A stretch of 64,000 bases of DNA from Podarcis bocagei (lineage: Eukaryota): assembly GCA_964188305.1 (NCBI GenBank), contig OZ076886.1; one strand, given 5' to 3'. The position numbers and the translations under genes are program-made. Below, in pieces: positions 12,892-26,045 of the stretch (positions are counted from its first letter, which is position 1; each line of letters begins with the position of its first letter). The notes beneath the pieces are model-generated. The model was not told the DNA's origin, made no database searches, and worked only from the letters and a program-made list of their open reading frames with translations.

Positions 12892-14110
12892 TATAGTCAA
12901 AGGTCAGGGTGAAGAGAATGTCTTCTCATGGGCTGTCACCTCCTAATGTTTGAGGGTGGCAGAACTACCAAAAGGGTCTCCTCTGCTTAATACCCAATAG
13001 CATCTTTGGGAAGGAGGCAGTTTGGAATAATATACAAAAATGTTCCAGATACAATGTGCATAGCTTAGAAAACTTGATTATCAACCAAATTGGCTCCAGC
13101 ATGAAGCTGGTCAACACTGAATGCTTATAGACCAGTCCCTTTTTGCCAGTACTTACACCATTCATTCACTTATTTGTTCCTGAGAATGCAGGTGAACTTC
13201 ATCCCAAACTGTTGCTTTTATGTCCCACCCCATCACACACAATCTCCCCATTTCCCCCCAAATGCTGATTTATCATCATTATATTTATGACTTCCGCCGC
13301 AGTCACATTGGAATCTGTTCAGATGCAAGTAAGAGGCTTTTCTGGTGGTGACTGCCTCATCTGATGTGGAGTTGAGATTGTTGATGTGTTTGTTGACAGT
13401 GCATCATCCTGCTCTTCTGTTTTAGCCACCTGCTTACCTGCTTTTACATCCCTTGCCAACTTCAATCTATAGTGCCTTTTGTTCTTGTCTGTTTCACTCT
13501 ACTTGTCTGTTTTCTTTCCTGGATCTATTTCTGTTTGTTCCTGCATGGGGAAGTACAAATGGCCCTTTGAACAAAATGCAATACAAACACTCCATAACCC
13601 TCAGAGCAGCTGGAGCAACAATAATGGTCCAGCAACATCATTGTACAATGTGCAGGGCCATTTAAAAAGGCCTTGAAATCAGCTGCTTGACAAGGGAGTA
13701 AGACTAAATCCACCCCTTTCCTTCTGTTTCCAAACAGATGATCAGCATAATTTTAACTTTGCAAAAGTATCCATGCACAGAGCCTTAATTGTTGAATCAT
13801 CTGGACTGTGAGTATACAGGAGTGGGGAGGAAACAGAGGATGGAAACTTGTGGATGGAAAGAGAAAATATGTGTGCAGTAGCTTAAAATGCGCCATTTGC
13901 AAGGGGACTGGAAAATGTGCTATTACTATTGAATAGATACAGCATTGGTATAATATTAGGGAATCCGCCCCCGTCTGGTCTGGAAGCATTCCAAGTCAAC
14001 AGATACAGTAATAAAAGGAATGAAATATGGGTAGATGCAACACATTTCAGATTAGTGGAAATATTACAGTGTGCCTTAAATTTTATGCTCATTTTCTTTA
14101 AGTGTTTGTG

Positions 14111-14112
<2 letters not shown>

Positions 14113-14164
<52 letters not shown>
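14113..14164. repeat. (AC)26 microsatellite
   Basis: Direct reading. Confidence 0.95.
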
Positions 14165-14167
<3 letters not shown>

Positions 14168-14405
14168 GTGGTACCTTGGGTTGAGAACTTAATTAGTTCT
14201 GGAGGTCTGTTCTTAACCTGAAACTGTTCTTAACATGAGGTACCACTTTAGCTAATGGGGCCTCCCGCTGCCGCCGTGCCGCCGGAGCACGATTTCTGTT
14301 CTCATCCTGAAGCAAAGTTCTTAACCCGAGGTAATATTTCTAGGTTAGTGGAGTCTGTAACCTGGTGTATGTAACCTGAAGCATATGTAACCCGAGGTAC
14401 CACTG
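14165..14405. mobile_element. Tc1/mariner (Tigger-like) MITE
   Basis: agtggtaccttgggtt ... taacccgaggtaccactg|ta; colinear with 12665-12891. Confidence 0.85.
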
Positions 14406-16557
14406 TATTTTAAAAATCTGCACCTTCAATACAATAAGCAATTTAACTTCAAATGTGGCTTGGTATTCCATCTCTTTTCAGTGCACAGAGCCAAACAGTT
14501 GACTGTATACTGGAAGTGGTACTGAAGCAAGAAAACTGAATTGCAAGTCAATTGTAATTGACCAAAGCGTATTTTGAACTGGACACTATTGCAATCCTTA
14601 ATAGATTGGGTTTTTAAAAATTCATAGCAAGTGATGTTTTTTATGTCACTACAGTGTTGTTATATTGGGCAGGATACAACTACTGAGTTATGTCAGTGGA
14701 AGCCATGGGCAAGGACCTCCACAATGGCATTCCACCTCCCCTTGCACCTCCCACAACTGGCTCTCTGGGTTTATTTTTTTTGGGGTGTGTGTGTGTGCAA
14801 ACCCCCCTAAACAGCATATGGTAGAGAAAAGGGGGATCATTCCCTCTGGCGAGCTATAATGCTTGTTAGCATGGAAAGATAATAAAAAGCACAAGACTGA
14901 ATCCCATCAATTCTTTTACATACCAGGCAGAATCTAAACAGCACAATCCTCTCCTTGTCTACACAAAAGTAAATCCCACTGAGCTGAATGAGACTTACTC
15001 CCAAGGCTGCAGTCCAAGTCTTCTCCCTCCCACTGGCTAGACTTTAAGGAGCAGTGGAACCATTGCTGCATGCACATCCTTCCCACATGTGGGGACCAGA
15101 GAGGAAGATGGAGGGGCAGCAAGATTGCTGAAATAGCCTGGAGCGACTGGACCTGGACCAGACCTGATGTAACCATGTGACACCAATGAGACTGCTTTAG
15201 GACCCAATGGATCCTGGGCCAGCTCTGTCCTGCCCGTTCCCCACCTCTAGACAGACCCATTTCAGGGATTTCCATTGGCTACAGCCAGCAGGCACACTGC
15301 CCATCGACCACCTGTTCATTCAGTTGGCAGAAGGGGGAGGATGAGGACCAAACTGCCTGAATGATGCTTGATAGAGGGGGAGAAGCTGGTTTAACGAGGA
15401 GTGCTGGATGGTGGGATACCTCCATCCAATCTACTCCCCCAGCCTGATGCAAGTTGCTCCGCCCATTCACTGAATTTAGGTCCCAGTGCAATCAATGAGA
15501 AAGTTATAACATGCACCATTAATTTCTATGAGAACTAAATGGATCTTAGCTGGAATTCAGTCCATTGTGTTATATATATAATTGCATATGAGACTGCTTA
15601 TGGAACTTCTTTTCTGTGATTCATCCTGCATTGCAGTCATTTGTATCATTTGTAGCATATTATAGGCTTTGCTCTATTTAACCTTTGCATCTCTGGGGCT
15701 CAGGCGATCCCTTTGCTGAAGTGTTGAAAATCAGAGCAGTTCAGCAGTTGATTGTCCTCTTTCCCCCCACCTAGTCCTTGTGGATTCCTCTATTTTTTTA
15801 TTTGTTGGCCTGCATCTGTAGTATTTTTCTCTAAGCTAGGAATATAGAAGTTGTTTGTTCACAGTTTCCTAGGAGAGTAATCACGTTAAGAAATTAATTA
15901 CACACCTGAAAACAAAATCTGGCTGTTAAACTGCACATTAGGGACAAATTGTGTACTCCAAATTAGACAATTCACAGCTTGACTGAGAAGCCTGACAGGA
16001 TGGGAAAATAGCTGAATATGTTGAGGAGGAGAGAGACACGGCATCCCAGATCTGAAGCACAGAGGCACTTCTTTGTTTCTTTCCATCTGCCAACAGGCAC
16101 ATTCGTTTTAATGGCAACCCCAATCTTCTCGATGCATATGGCTTCTTCCCCTCCCCACCCCACATATCTGGAACTCAGTGGGTTGGGGTCGGGGGAGAAG
16201 CACTTGGGGGAGAATCACCACCATCATCAGGGAAGGTAGCAACAATATAAAAAACCATTTAAAAATATTATGCTCAAAAGAATACAGTGGGTCCTAAAAT
16301 ATCTCAAGTATCAAAGGGTCAGGGTAAAGCACGTGCAAAAAAAGATTCAGTCCCCCTCCAGCTCCCAGCAGGCTGGTAGATTTTTTTCTTCAGGCTAGCA
16401 TTTTGTGTTGGCTTTTTTACAAACCTTCATGGGTGTCTCCACAGAGGCTGAGCCAGGGTGCTGTAAAGGGAGGAAATCTGCCAAGCAGTCAATCAAGTTT
16501 CAAAGGGAGAGGGAAAGTGAAACATGATTGCCCACCCACAACCATTCCAGGCTCCTG

Positions 16558-16671
16558 CAGCCTTCCGCAACCTTTTGTTTTTTGGACTACAGCACCCATA
16601 ATCCCTGGCCATTGGCCTTGTCAACTGGGGCTGATGGAAGCACCTGGAGGGCATCAGATTGTGGAAGGCTG
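16558..16671. mobile_element. Palindromic hAT-type MITE (about 120 bp)
   Basis: cagccttccgcaacc ... gattgtggaaggctg termini with internal actaca..cccat / gatgg symmetry; family recurs throughout the window. Confidence 0.65.
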
Positions 16672-19600
16672 ACCTAGAGGAAGAACTGGAAATGTTAACA
16701 CAAAATGATAGGAGCACTGGAGCTTGATCCAACCTCGTATTCAGTTTTGCTTACTGAAATTGCTCCACCTAACCAATAAATGAATATGAGCCCTATCCTG
16801 AATTGAATATAGGAAGATACAGGCTTTATATCACTGTTGCTACTCTCTGGGAGAGTGGATAACCTAATCTAATAAGATTGGCTCCTGAGGCATCATTTTA
16901 TCCGGGTGAAAAGTGTTCAGGATCGTTGGTGACTGGTTCAATGCCCTTTAAAAAATTGACCCAAGCACTTTTGCAGATAAGTACAATGAATATTACCAGC
17001 CCACAATGAATTGTACAAAGCTGTTCACCTGCACATGCTTTCCTTGTGGGTGTGTATTCAATTTGCCCAGGAAGACCTGTTCCTTCCTTTGCAAGGAGGC
17101 ACTAAACAATCAATCGGCATCAATCCATTTATATGCTGACCTCTGTCTGGTTTCTGCTGCGCATTCTGCTTTGAACATTTTGCTGTGGGGCTGCTCAAAC
17201 ACATTTGCTGTACTAGAGCAAAAAATAAGGATCTCCTTAGAGTTTTAAGTGGGATTGGGTGCAATGATAATTGTTATAGGAATATTTCCCTCAGGGCAAA
17301 TTCTGCCATCTTATGTATGTGTAATAAAAAAAAAAGGAAAGAAAACGATTTATGCAACATGGTCTATTCCTGGAATTCTCTGCATTATAATTAAGAACAT
17401 TAACTCTATGTTTCTCTAAGATATTAATCTCTTAGAGAAGGCAGGACCGCAGATATTAAAAAATAGAAGTGGGAAAATTGTCCCTGTTAAGACATGTCTT
17501 TTTATTGCACGTTCATGATGATTTGTGCTCATGGTGCTCTCAGTGCAGTTATACACAATCCCACTTTCAATACTCTTTGCAAAAGTTTGGGGGGCGGTCA
17601 TATTGCATCATTTCCAACTAGTGCACACCGTAGAAGTACTGCTGAGGACTTGTAATGTTTCATACTGCAAACATTGTGCGGGTTTATCTTTAGCATTGGA
17701 GAAGCCTTGAGGAACAATGAAGAAAGCAGAATAAACCCACCACGGATGCACTGTGTCATGAATACATTGCAGAATACACCTGCAATGAAACCACAGTCTG
17801 GGCGGGTGGTGGGTGGCGAATACCAATAGCTGAGAAGCAACAGCAGGAAAAGGCAATTGCCCTCATGTCCTGCTTGTCAGCTTCTCAGACGTACCTCATC
17901 TACCACCATTGGAAGTGGTGGATTAGATGGGCCTTTGGTCTGATCTAGCAGGGGTCTTTTGAAGCTCCTCTTTGGACATTAGCATGTGGGTATGCAAGTC
18001 ACGTTTGAATCCACCCTTTCCAGCCGACAAGGCTGTGTTTACCTTTGTTGAAGAGAGGCCAAGAGGAGCTCACAGCAGGTTGCTTCAATTGCTTTCTGCC
18101 TAAGAAAAGTGCAGTTCTAATCTAAAACCATCACATCAGCCCAGCAGAGGTGGGAGAACCTTTCCTTTGTAGATCAGCTAGAAACAGTTCCTTGGGTAAA
18201 ATAGAAGAAATAAAACACATACGATCCAGCTGCCATTTCATCAATTGCAGGGAGAGGTGGGGGGGGGGAGGGAGAGAAAGAACAACTTAATTAGACACTG
18301 CAGATTACATATTAATTACAGGCTCGGCTAGATCACGGTGGCATTAGAAGCCTTGGCACATTCCTGACATGCCAGGTCTCCCCTGCACTCTTCAGGGGAT
18401 GTGCTGCCCCCTTGTATCCTTCGGTGGCAGTGTGTGTGGGAGTCATGAGAACAGTCTACCAAGGAACAGGCAGGTGTCCAAGATTTCCGCGGAAGAAAGG
18501 AAAATTATTTTCTTCACATTTTCTCCCCTTTTACGTCTCACCAGCCAGCAAGAACAACTTCTCCCTTTTAAAGGGAGAGTACCACTCCAATGTCAGACTG
18601 AAAGAAGAAACAGTCCTCTGCTATTCCATCAAAATGTAACAGGATTTCATGACAGGGATATTAAAATATGACCACACTGACGTCTATTCGAGACATGAGC
18701 GCTCAGTATAGCTCTTCATACATCGAATCATAGAACTGTAGAGTTGGAAGGGACCTAAAGGCCAATGCAGGAATTCCAGCTGAAGGCAGGGGCAAAATTA
18801 TGAGTTTGGAATGAAGGCTCAGCAACAGGCATTGGTAGAAAAACTATCTATATTGAAATGCAGCCAGGGAAGTATGTCTGCTTGTAGCTAAGGGACAAAC
18901 AGACGTAGGCAAACTCCATCACCCAAGCTGGCCTTTGGGGGCCAAATAGCCATCTTCTCATAAATGGAAGTCATGGGTATGTTACCTGGCAGGTGACAGC
19001 TGCCCCCACTGTTCAGCGATCAGTGGGTAGCACCTACCAGGCTCCAAGAGCACTAAACCAAGAACCCCCCTAAGCTGGCTGACAATAGGAGATGGTTAGT
19101 GAAGTGCCCTCTGCCCAATGTACCACAGGGTGCCCACCATGTGCTACTCCACTTGTAGGGATGGCGTTGCAGGGTGAGGGCACCCCCTCCTCCACAGCAT
19201 AAGACAAGCCACAGCTGTCTAGCCGCCATGCCCACCCCTTGACCTTTTGTCTCCTCAGCAGTGTTCTGTGCCCTGACCTTTACCTCCTTTGCAAAGGTAT
19301 TGCTCATTTCCCCCTGTAATGGGAACATGATGTGGTGGAGCAAGTTGTGTAGATAACTAGGCAACACCCAGGGGGCTTGGGATTGGAGAAGTGTAAAGGG
19401 CAAAGCCCTGAATGTATCTTGCTGATTTTGCATATCTTGCTAATAAAAAGAGCCTCTGCTAAGCTAGCAATCAGCTTGCTCCTGCACAGCTTACTTGCAT
19501 CCCAACTCCTGTGTCGCCTCCGTTATTTCTACACCACTTACTTGCCAAATCAGCCAAACAACCAAATAATAACCCAATGCCAACTGAATTAAGACCAGTG

Positions 19601-19729
19601 TGAAGTAGGCAAATGACCTACTGAAAGGCCAATCAAGATATACATAGCCAAGAAACTCCTAGTCAGCCCCATAAGATGATTGGTTGATCTATTCCTCGTT
19701 TATGTTTTCGCCTGCTCCCTGCTCATTTT

Positions 19730-20525
19730 TATTTTATTTATTTATTAAATTTGTGTACCGTCCTTCAGCTGAAGATCATAGGGAGGTTCACAACATAAAA
19801 ATGCAAAATGAAAACACAAATACAAAACAAAACAAAAGCACAACAAACCAATAACCCCCCTCCCACAGACACATTTAAAGGGCAATAGAATATTAATCAG
19901 CCCAAGGCCTGGTTGAAAAGAAGTGTTTTTGCCTGGCACCTAATGATATACAATGAAGGCGCCAGGCGAGCCTCCCTGGGGAGGGCATTCCACAAATGGG
20001 TAGCGACCAGAGAAAAGGCCTGTTTTTGTGTTGCCACCCTCTCATGGAGGGAGAACATGAAGAAGGGTCTCAGATGATGATTGCAGGGTCTGGGTTGGTT
20101 TATATGGGGAGAGGTGGTCCTTGAGGTATTGTGGTCCTGAGCAGTTTACGGCTTTTAGGTAAAATCCAGCACTTTGAATTGGGCTCAATCCTGCTGTTTC
20201 GCAAGGATTGGTGTGATATGCTCAAACCGTCTTGTCCCGGTGAACAGGCTGGCTTCTGAAGTCTGCACCAGCTGGAGTTTCTGAACTGTCTTCAGAGGCA
20301 GCCCTACGTATAGCAAATCTAGCCTAAAGGTTACCAGAGCATAGACAACAGAGGTTAGACTATCCCTGTCCAGATAGATAGGGGTGCAGCTGGGCCAACA
20401 GCTGAAGCTGATGGAAGACATTCTATGCCACCAAGGCCACCTGAGCCTCAAGAGACAGCAAAGGACCCAGAAGTACCCCCAAGCTATGTACCTGTTCCTT
20501 CAGAGTAAGCATAACCCCATTGAGA
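19730..20525 (-). mobile_element. L2 LINE 3' fragment
   Basis: (TTTA)n tail; reverse ORF ...VVYALVTFRLDLLYVGLPLKTVQKLQLVQ...FEHITPILA, typical of the L2 ORF2 C-terminus. Confidence 0.9.
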
Positions 20526-21215
20526 GCAGGCAAAGTAACATCAGACTGGACTTCATTGTATGGCATTGGCATTTCCTACTTCCCATTTTGCTCCAGTATT
20601 TGCAGTCTCAGCTTGGCGTTGTTAAATTGTAAGAAAATTGACACCCACAATCCCTCAGTTAAACACCACCTGTCTTCAAAGTGAAGATGATCAGTTGTCA
20701 AACATAGAATGAGCTTCCCTATGTGAAGATATGGCTTGTTTGAGCTTTTCCAAGTGGAACTAATTGCCTCACCCATTAACATACTCCCATTAAAGATAGA
20801 ATTTACAGTGGAACACAGGAAAATAATTAGCCTCTCCAGTCTTGTCCTTAAGAATGGAGGGATCATAACGTGGTGGGGAAGAACAGGGCTACCTAAGCTC
20901 AAAGCACACCCCTGTGGAGTATCCTTAGGGAACTCAAGAATCATGCTGCAGCTTAGAGGGTCGCTCCTTTGAGTGACAATAAGACTCAAAAGAAAAATAG
21001 GATGGAACTCTTTCTCTGAGCTCAACAATGGTAAAGAAATAAAGAAGTATGGGGGAGCATGGACAGGGTATTTCTAGTAATTCCTGCAGAGACCCTCCAA
21101 GTGAGGGAGTTGTCCTAGGAACAATTAACATACCTTCTGAGACTGGGAGGATTAAGGGCTCATCCATACTGTTGTTCAATGCGGCCATTGATTCTTTGTT
21201 GTCCAGAGGATGTTC

Positions 21216-21358
21216 TTCTCCAAATCACTGCCTTCCCACACTTCCCCCTCTCTCAGTCTGGATTTTCTCATACCCTCTCTTTTTCAAAGTATCCCTAGCA
21301 TGAGAAAATCCAGACTGAGGGAGGGGAAAATGTGGGAAGGCAGCGATTTAAAGGAGAA
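21216..21358. repeat. Inverted repeat, about 56-bp arms and 28-nt loop
   Basis: 21216-21271 is the reverse complement of 21300-21358 with about 4 substitutions and a 3-nt indel. Confidence 0.9.
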
Positions 21359-21360
21359 TG

Positions 21361-21668
21361 AATTATTATTAGCCACCCATCTGACTGGGTTGCCCCAGCC
21401 ACTTTGGGCTGCTCCCAGCAAAATATTAGAAACTACTGAGAAGGCCCTCTGCCTGCTTCCTTGTAACTTCACTTGCACTGAGGGAACTGCCAGAACGCCT
21501 TCTCGGTAGTGGCACCTGCAGCTGCTCCCGGTCACCAGTCTAGCTGCCGCATTCTGGATTAGTTGTAGTTTCTGAATCACCTTCAAAGGTAGCCCCATAT
21601 AGAGCGAATAGCAGTAGTCCAAGCAGGAGATAACCAAAGCATGTATCACTCTGGCGAAGAAGTGTGCA
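21361..21668 (-). mobile_element. L2 LINE 3' fragment (internally deleted)
   Basis: Reverse ORF ...VIHALVISCLDYCYSLYMGLPLKVIQKLQLIQNAAARLVTG...RQRAFSVV; tail matches 26843 copy. Confidence 0.9.
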
Positions 21669-23032
21669 GGACAATGGAGAATTAATGGCAGTACAGGAAG
21701 CACACTATCTACATTAAATGTCAGTATGGAGGAGCCCTCGTTCTGCTTAGTCCAGGACCTCACAAGGGAAAGTCTCTGCTTTAGGAAAAGTCAGCCTGGT
21801 GCTCTCAGGACTATAAGTCCCATCAGCCCCAGTCAGCCTGGCCAGGGGTCAGGGATAATAAGGGTAACTGAGCGTGCCCTGAAAAGCAAGGTCAGGAGAT
21901 GAAGGTTTAACAGATTCCTCAAATGTCTGGGCGTTCTTTGAAGTTTGACTGCACTGAGAAGCAGAGTTCTCCTGCGAGAGAAAGCGAGGACAGATCCTCC
22001 GGCAGCCTCCGTGCAGCTTTCAGACACTCTTTGCTGTTCCAGCACATTTCTGTGCAATGCTGTTATCTAAAAATGCCCGGCGGCTGAAAACAATTTAATA
22101 TTCATAACTAACGATCTGTGCATATGGAATATGAATAATGCTAATTGTGTCTGTATAGATTTAGTATAAGAAGCTTTAAGGGAGTGGGTGGGAGAGAGGG
22201 AGGGAGGGAGGGAGGGAGGAGGAGCTGTTCTTTCCAAAAAGCTCATGGCATTGAATGGGCCACAATGGGCCTTGAAAGCTACAGGAAAGAGGTGGGTGAC
22301 TTCTGCACATCCAGGGCCCTGCCAGCCCCCTGATGTGCATGCAGGGGTACCAGAGTGTCTTTGTTTCTGAAGCATGGGCAGCCATCAAATGTGGCTGTGC
22401 TGCATGCCGAAAAACTGGTAGCAAAGGATATGGATTCTCTCAATGCTGGGGCTGCTAATCAGGTCACTCCTCCACAGCCACTTTTGGTGCACACAACATA
22501 TGGTCTGCAGCAAAAGGAAAGCTCATTTGCAAAGGAGGCTGAGCTGTCTTAGGCAAGTCCAAGACTGAACAATTATATCTCCCAGGAACTACAGATGTGC
22601 CTCTTCCAGTTGTTGATCACGGCTGGTTGCAGCTGGTTTGCTGTATTGTCGCAATCGACATCTGACCCCCATTGGACTGGTGTCATCATATGTAGATTTG
22701 CTTCCAAAAATCATTAAAAACAGCAAAATGTACAGGTCCATCAGAGTGGGATAGTGTTCCAAGGAGACAAGACAGATTTAGTCAAATATGAAGCATTTCC
22801 AGAAAATGTGTGGTATGTTTTCCCAAGACACTTTCTACAGTGTTTAGAGCCATGTCAATGCACATTTGATGTTGTCATGATATTGTCATTCTTACAGTGT
22901 TTCAGTTCACTGGGGATCAAATCATATTCTCAAAAAAATCTAAAATACTACAAGAAAAACATTTGCATGCACCAGGACCCATTTAAAATGGTGAATGCTA
23001 ATTCACTTGAATAATTGAATAGAGACACCTTA

Positions 23033-23120
23033 TTAATCCTAAGCATGTTTACACAGAAATAAATCCCAATAAGTTCAATGAAACTTACTATTTTTCAGCA
23101 GATGTACTTAGAATTGCAGC
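23033..23120. repeat. Short (about 90 bp) palindromic interspersed repeat
   Basis: aatcctaagcatgtttacacagaaataaatcccaataagttcaatgaaacttacta...cttagaattgcagc; further copies near 14940, 36095, 42748 and 43219. Confidence 0.6.
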
Positions 23121-23517
23121 GTAAATATTTATGTACCTTTCAGACTACAAAATATATGGTGCATTGCAACCATGATAAAGAAGCATATACAAAAAAATAT
23201 AAGGGCTAGAAGGCAAGGAAGCGTAAACAAAGGGAAACCCCATGGAAGCAGCATGATTTCTATTTGCTCAATAGATTTCCATTGGAGGTTCCTTGGTGTG
23301 GAACCAAGATAATGGAATTATCAATGGATTCCGCCCCGCCCCACCCATAGGTTTCATGTATCCCTAATAATGTGTGCTGATAGGGGAGCAAAGTTCACCA
23401 ATTCAAATTTTCATGCTACAGAAATGTGTGGATGAAAATCTCACAGATCAGACATATTTTCATCGATGATGTTTTGTACACTTGTGCAGATTCAGTTGCT
23501 GTAGTCTCTGTGATGAG

Positions 23518-23521
23518 AAAA

Positions 23522-23592
<71 letters not shown>
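23518..23592. repeat. (GAAA)n microsatellite
   Basis: Direct reading. Confidence 0.95.
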
Positions 23593-23593
<1 letters not shown>

Positions 23594-24211
23594 ATCAGCA
23601 GGTGCCTTTCGTATCTAGGGCTTTTTGGCAACAGACACTGGCCAATTCTCACCTGTTTAAAAATAGTAAGTGAGAATGGAAGATGGCATAACAGGATGAT
23701 GGAAACCAGATTACTCTTTTTTTTTGTTAGAGTGTTTATTAAGTTTCCAATAAAAACATCCACTTAACATTCAAATCATAATCTGATAAAAAAACCAAAC
23801 TAAAATTTAAAAAATCAAATTGTTTTCCAAATTTGAATCTTGTTTTACAGCTTCCCATGGCCTGAACTTCAAAGCAACTCTGAATTCTTAGTCCTGCCTC
23901 TCACGAAACCAGATTACTCTTATTCAGCCTTTGGAACAGTCCATTTGTCCCAGAAATATGTTGCATGGACAGCTAAGCTCCATACCAATTCCCCACAATG
24001 GGCTGTATCCAATATCATGAGAATGGAAGACAGCTTTTGCAACTTATCTTTCCCTTCCTTTCTTCCCCTTTTGGTGCCTTCTATACCCTACCAAAAGAAT
24101 AGAGTTGGAAAACCTCTAGCAGATTGTAGACTTCATCATCTGGGGCTGCAGTGGTCGGAGAGCTGCCAAAAACAGACAATGACATATTTTTCCCCGTTAT
24201 CTATTAATAAC

Positions 24212-24388
24212 ACCGTGGTGCATCTGCATCTGCACAACCAGACGCCTTCATCTGCTCTAGCTGCAAAGAAACATGTCTCTGCCGCATCGGCCTCTACAGC
24301 CACAGAAGGCGCTGCAACCTTCCAACAATTTGACTTCACTCCCAAAGGCGCACTCCTCCATTGTCTCCCGAGACAGACTGTTGCCAAC
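24212..24388 (+). mobile_element. RTE LINE 3' end
   Basis: Translates as QPDAFICSSCKETCLCRIGLYSHRRRCN (RTE C-terminal Cys/His motif), followed by 3' UTR ccattgtctcccgagacagactgttgccaac. Confidence 0.8.
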
Positions 24389-24639
24389 TATAATTATTTC
24401 TCCAACTATAATTATTTCTAGACCACCTTTCACTGTGTAAAATACCAAGATGGTTTATGACATAAAACCAGAACAATAAAGCATAAACAAGAATAACCAG
24501 ACTTCAGTAAAGCCAGTACCTAAGGACCAGTGCCTGGGGATGCCCACATGAAAAGGTAGGGTGTGTTTTGTTTTTTAACCAACCAGCAAAACAGCCGGCA
24601 TGATCTCATGTGCACTTCTTGTATATCTATGGATAACCA

Positions 24640-24960
24640 CTCTATGATGTGGGGTTCACTAAAGGCCTTCCTTCCAGTCCCTACAAGACCTACAAGAGAA
24701 ATCTTCTGCTGGACCTGACACAACTAGACAGGTCTCCTCTTATAACCTCTGTGAATATGGGTGGAGGTGCTCCCTCAGTTAGCCTGGTCCTAAGCTGTTC
24801 AGGGCCTTATAAGTTAACAACAGCACCTGAAACTTGGCTTAAGCAGCCAGTCAATGCAAGGTTCCCAGTTCCAAGCACCCACCACCCACTGCAGCCTCAT
24901 AAGCCACAGCCGACAATGGTTAGTACGGTAGATCCCTTGAACCTCTGCAGAGACCCCTTG
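24640..24960 (-). mobile_element. Old L2 fragment
   Basis: ggaggtgctccctcag...ggtcctaagctgttcagggccttataagttaacaacagcacc resembles the reverse L2 segment at 20105-20185. Confidence 0.55.
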
Positions 24961-25168
24961 GGAAGGGGCAGGGAAAGATTGGTTGCTTGAGTTGCTTCTG
25001 CAACAATGAAAGCAACCCAATGAGCCAAAAAGTGTGTACAGGAACAGAATCTTGTATCTTTAAAAATGTGACCACAGTCCATTTCCTGCTTTCTTTATTA
25101 AGAATTTCTTTCATAACAGGATCAGTTGCTTGAAAATGACATTATCGAGGGAGATAAAGCCCTTAATG

Positions 25169-25301
25169 CAGGCATAGGCAAACTCCCTGACCACTGGTCC
25201 TGTTAGTTAGGGATGATGATGAATTGTAGTCCCAAACATCTGTAGGGATGATGAGAATTGCAGTCCCAAACATCTGGAGGGCCGGAGTTTGCCTATGCCT
25301 G
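25169..25301. mobile_element. hAT MITE with 8-bp TSD
   Basis: TIRs caggcataggcaaactcc / ggagtttgcctatgcctg; TSD ccttaatg at 25161-25168 and 25302-25309; internal ~33-bp duplication. Confidence 0.9.
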
Positions 25302-25852
25302 CCTTAATGCAATGTGCCGCCCAAAGGAGATGATGATCCTGCCATTTTAAAAGCAGATTTGCAAGTGCATTCTCTTTACAACTCCCCTACCCCCACCCTC
25401 CGCTCCAACCAAATCTTTTTTTAATGTTACGTAACTCTGTTTAGCTGCATGGCACACTTTAGCCACTGTACACACAAGGCTGCAGTGTTGCCATGTGCCT
25501 TTGATTTGATTTGGAGCCACTTGAAGAAAGGTCATTGGAAGGTTCCTAATGGAAACACATTTAAGACGAGAATCCCATTAGGCCGTGCTCATAAAAAAAC
25601 AGAGTGGAGTGGACCCTTAAGCATGTTTTATCACTTGTAAAGATGCAAGTCCAGTGAAGTGTGCAAATGGGAACAGGAATAAATAAATGTTGGTCTATTA
25701 GTAGCACTTTCCCTTGCGCTGTTGTGAGATGGACTCCTCTCAGATCATCCTTAATTCCCAGGCATTTTCTGCATTGGTTCACAGAAGCCAAACCCTGAAC
25801 TAAAAGGGAAGAGGGACCTAAGCACCTGCTTGGCACATAGAAATAGGTCTCA

Positions 25853-26045
25853 GAATATAAGAACATTGGAAGTTGCCTTACACTGAGTCAAGCCACTGGT
25901 CCATCTAGCTGGGTATTGCTTGCAGTGACCGGCTTCAGCTCTCCAGGATTTCAGACACTCATAGCCCCACCTAGAGATGCTGAAGGTTGAACCCTGGCTT
26001 TCTGTATGCAAAGCAAATGCTCTACTCCTGAATTGTGGTTCTCTC
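25853..26045 (-). mobile_element. tRNA-derived SINE with CR1-type tail
   Basis: Reverse tail ataagaacat, body ggtccatctag, reverse tRNA head ttgaacc...tgcaaagcaaatgctctac. Confidence 0.75.

Noticed and set aside
20576-21028. 150-aa minus-strand ORF between two L2 fragments
   Set aside because: No motif or splice signals I can support; non-ATG start
23840-24421. Longest ORF in the track (193 aa)
   Set aside because: TTG start, no recognisable domain, and its 3' third reads an RTE 3' end in the wrong frame; chance ORF
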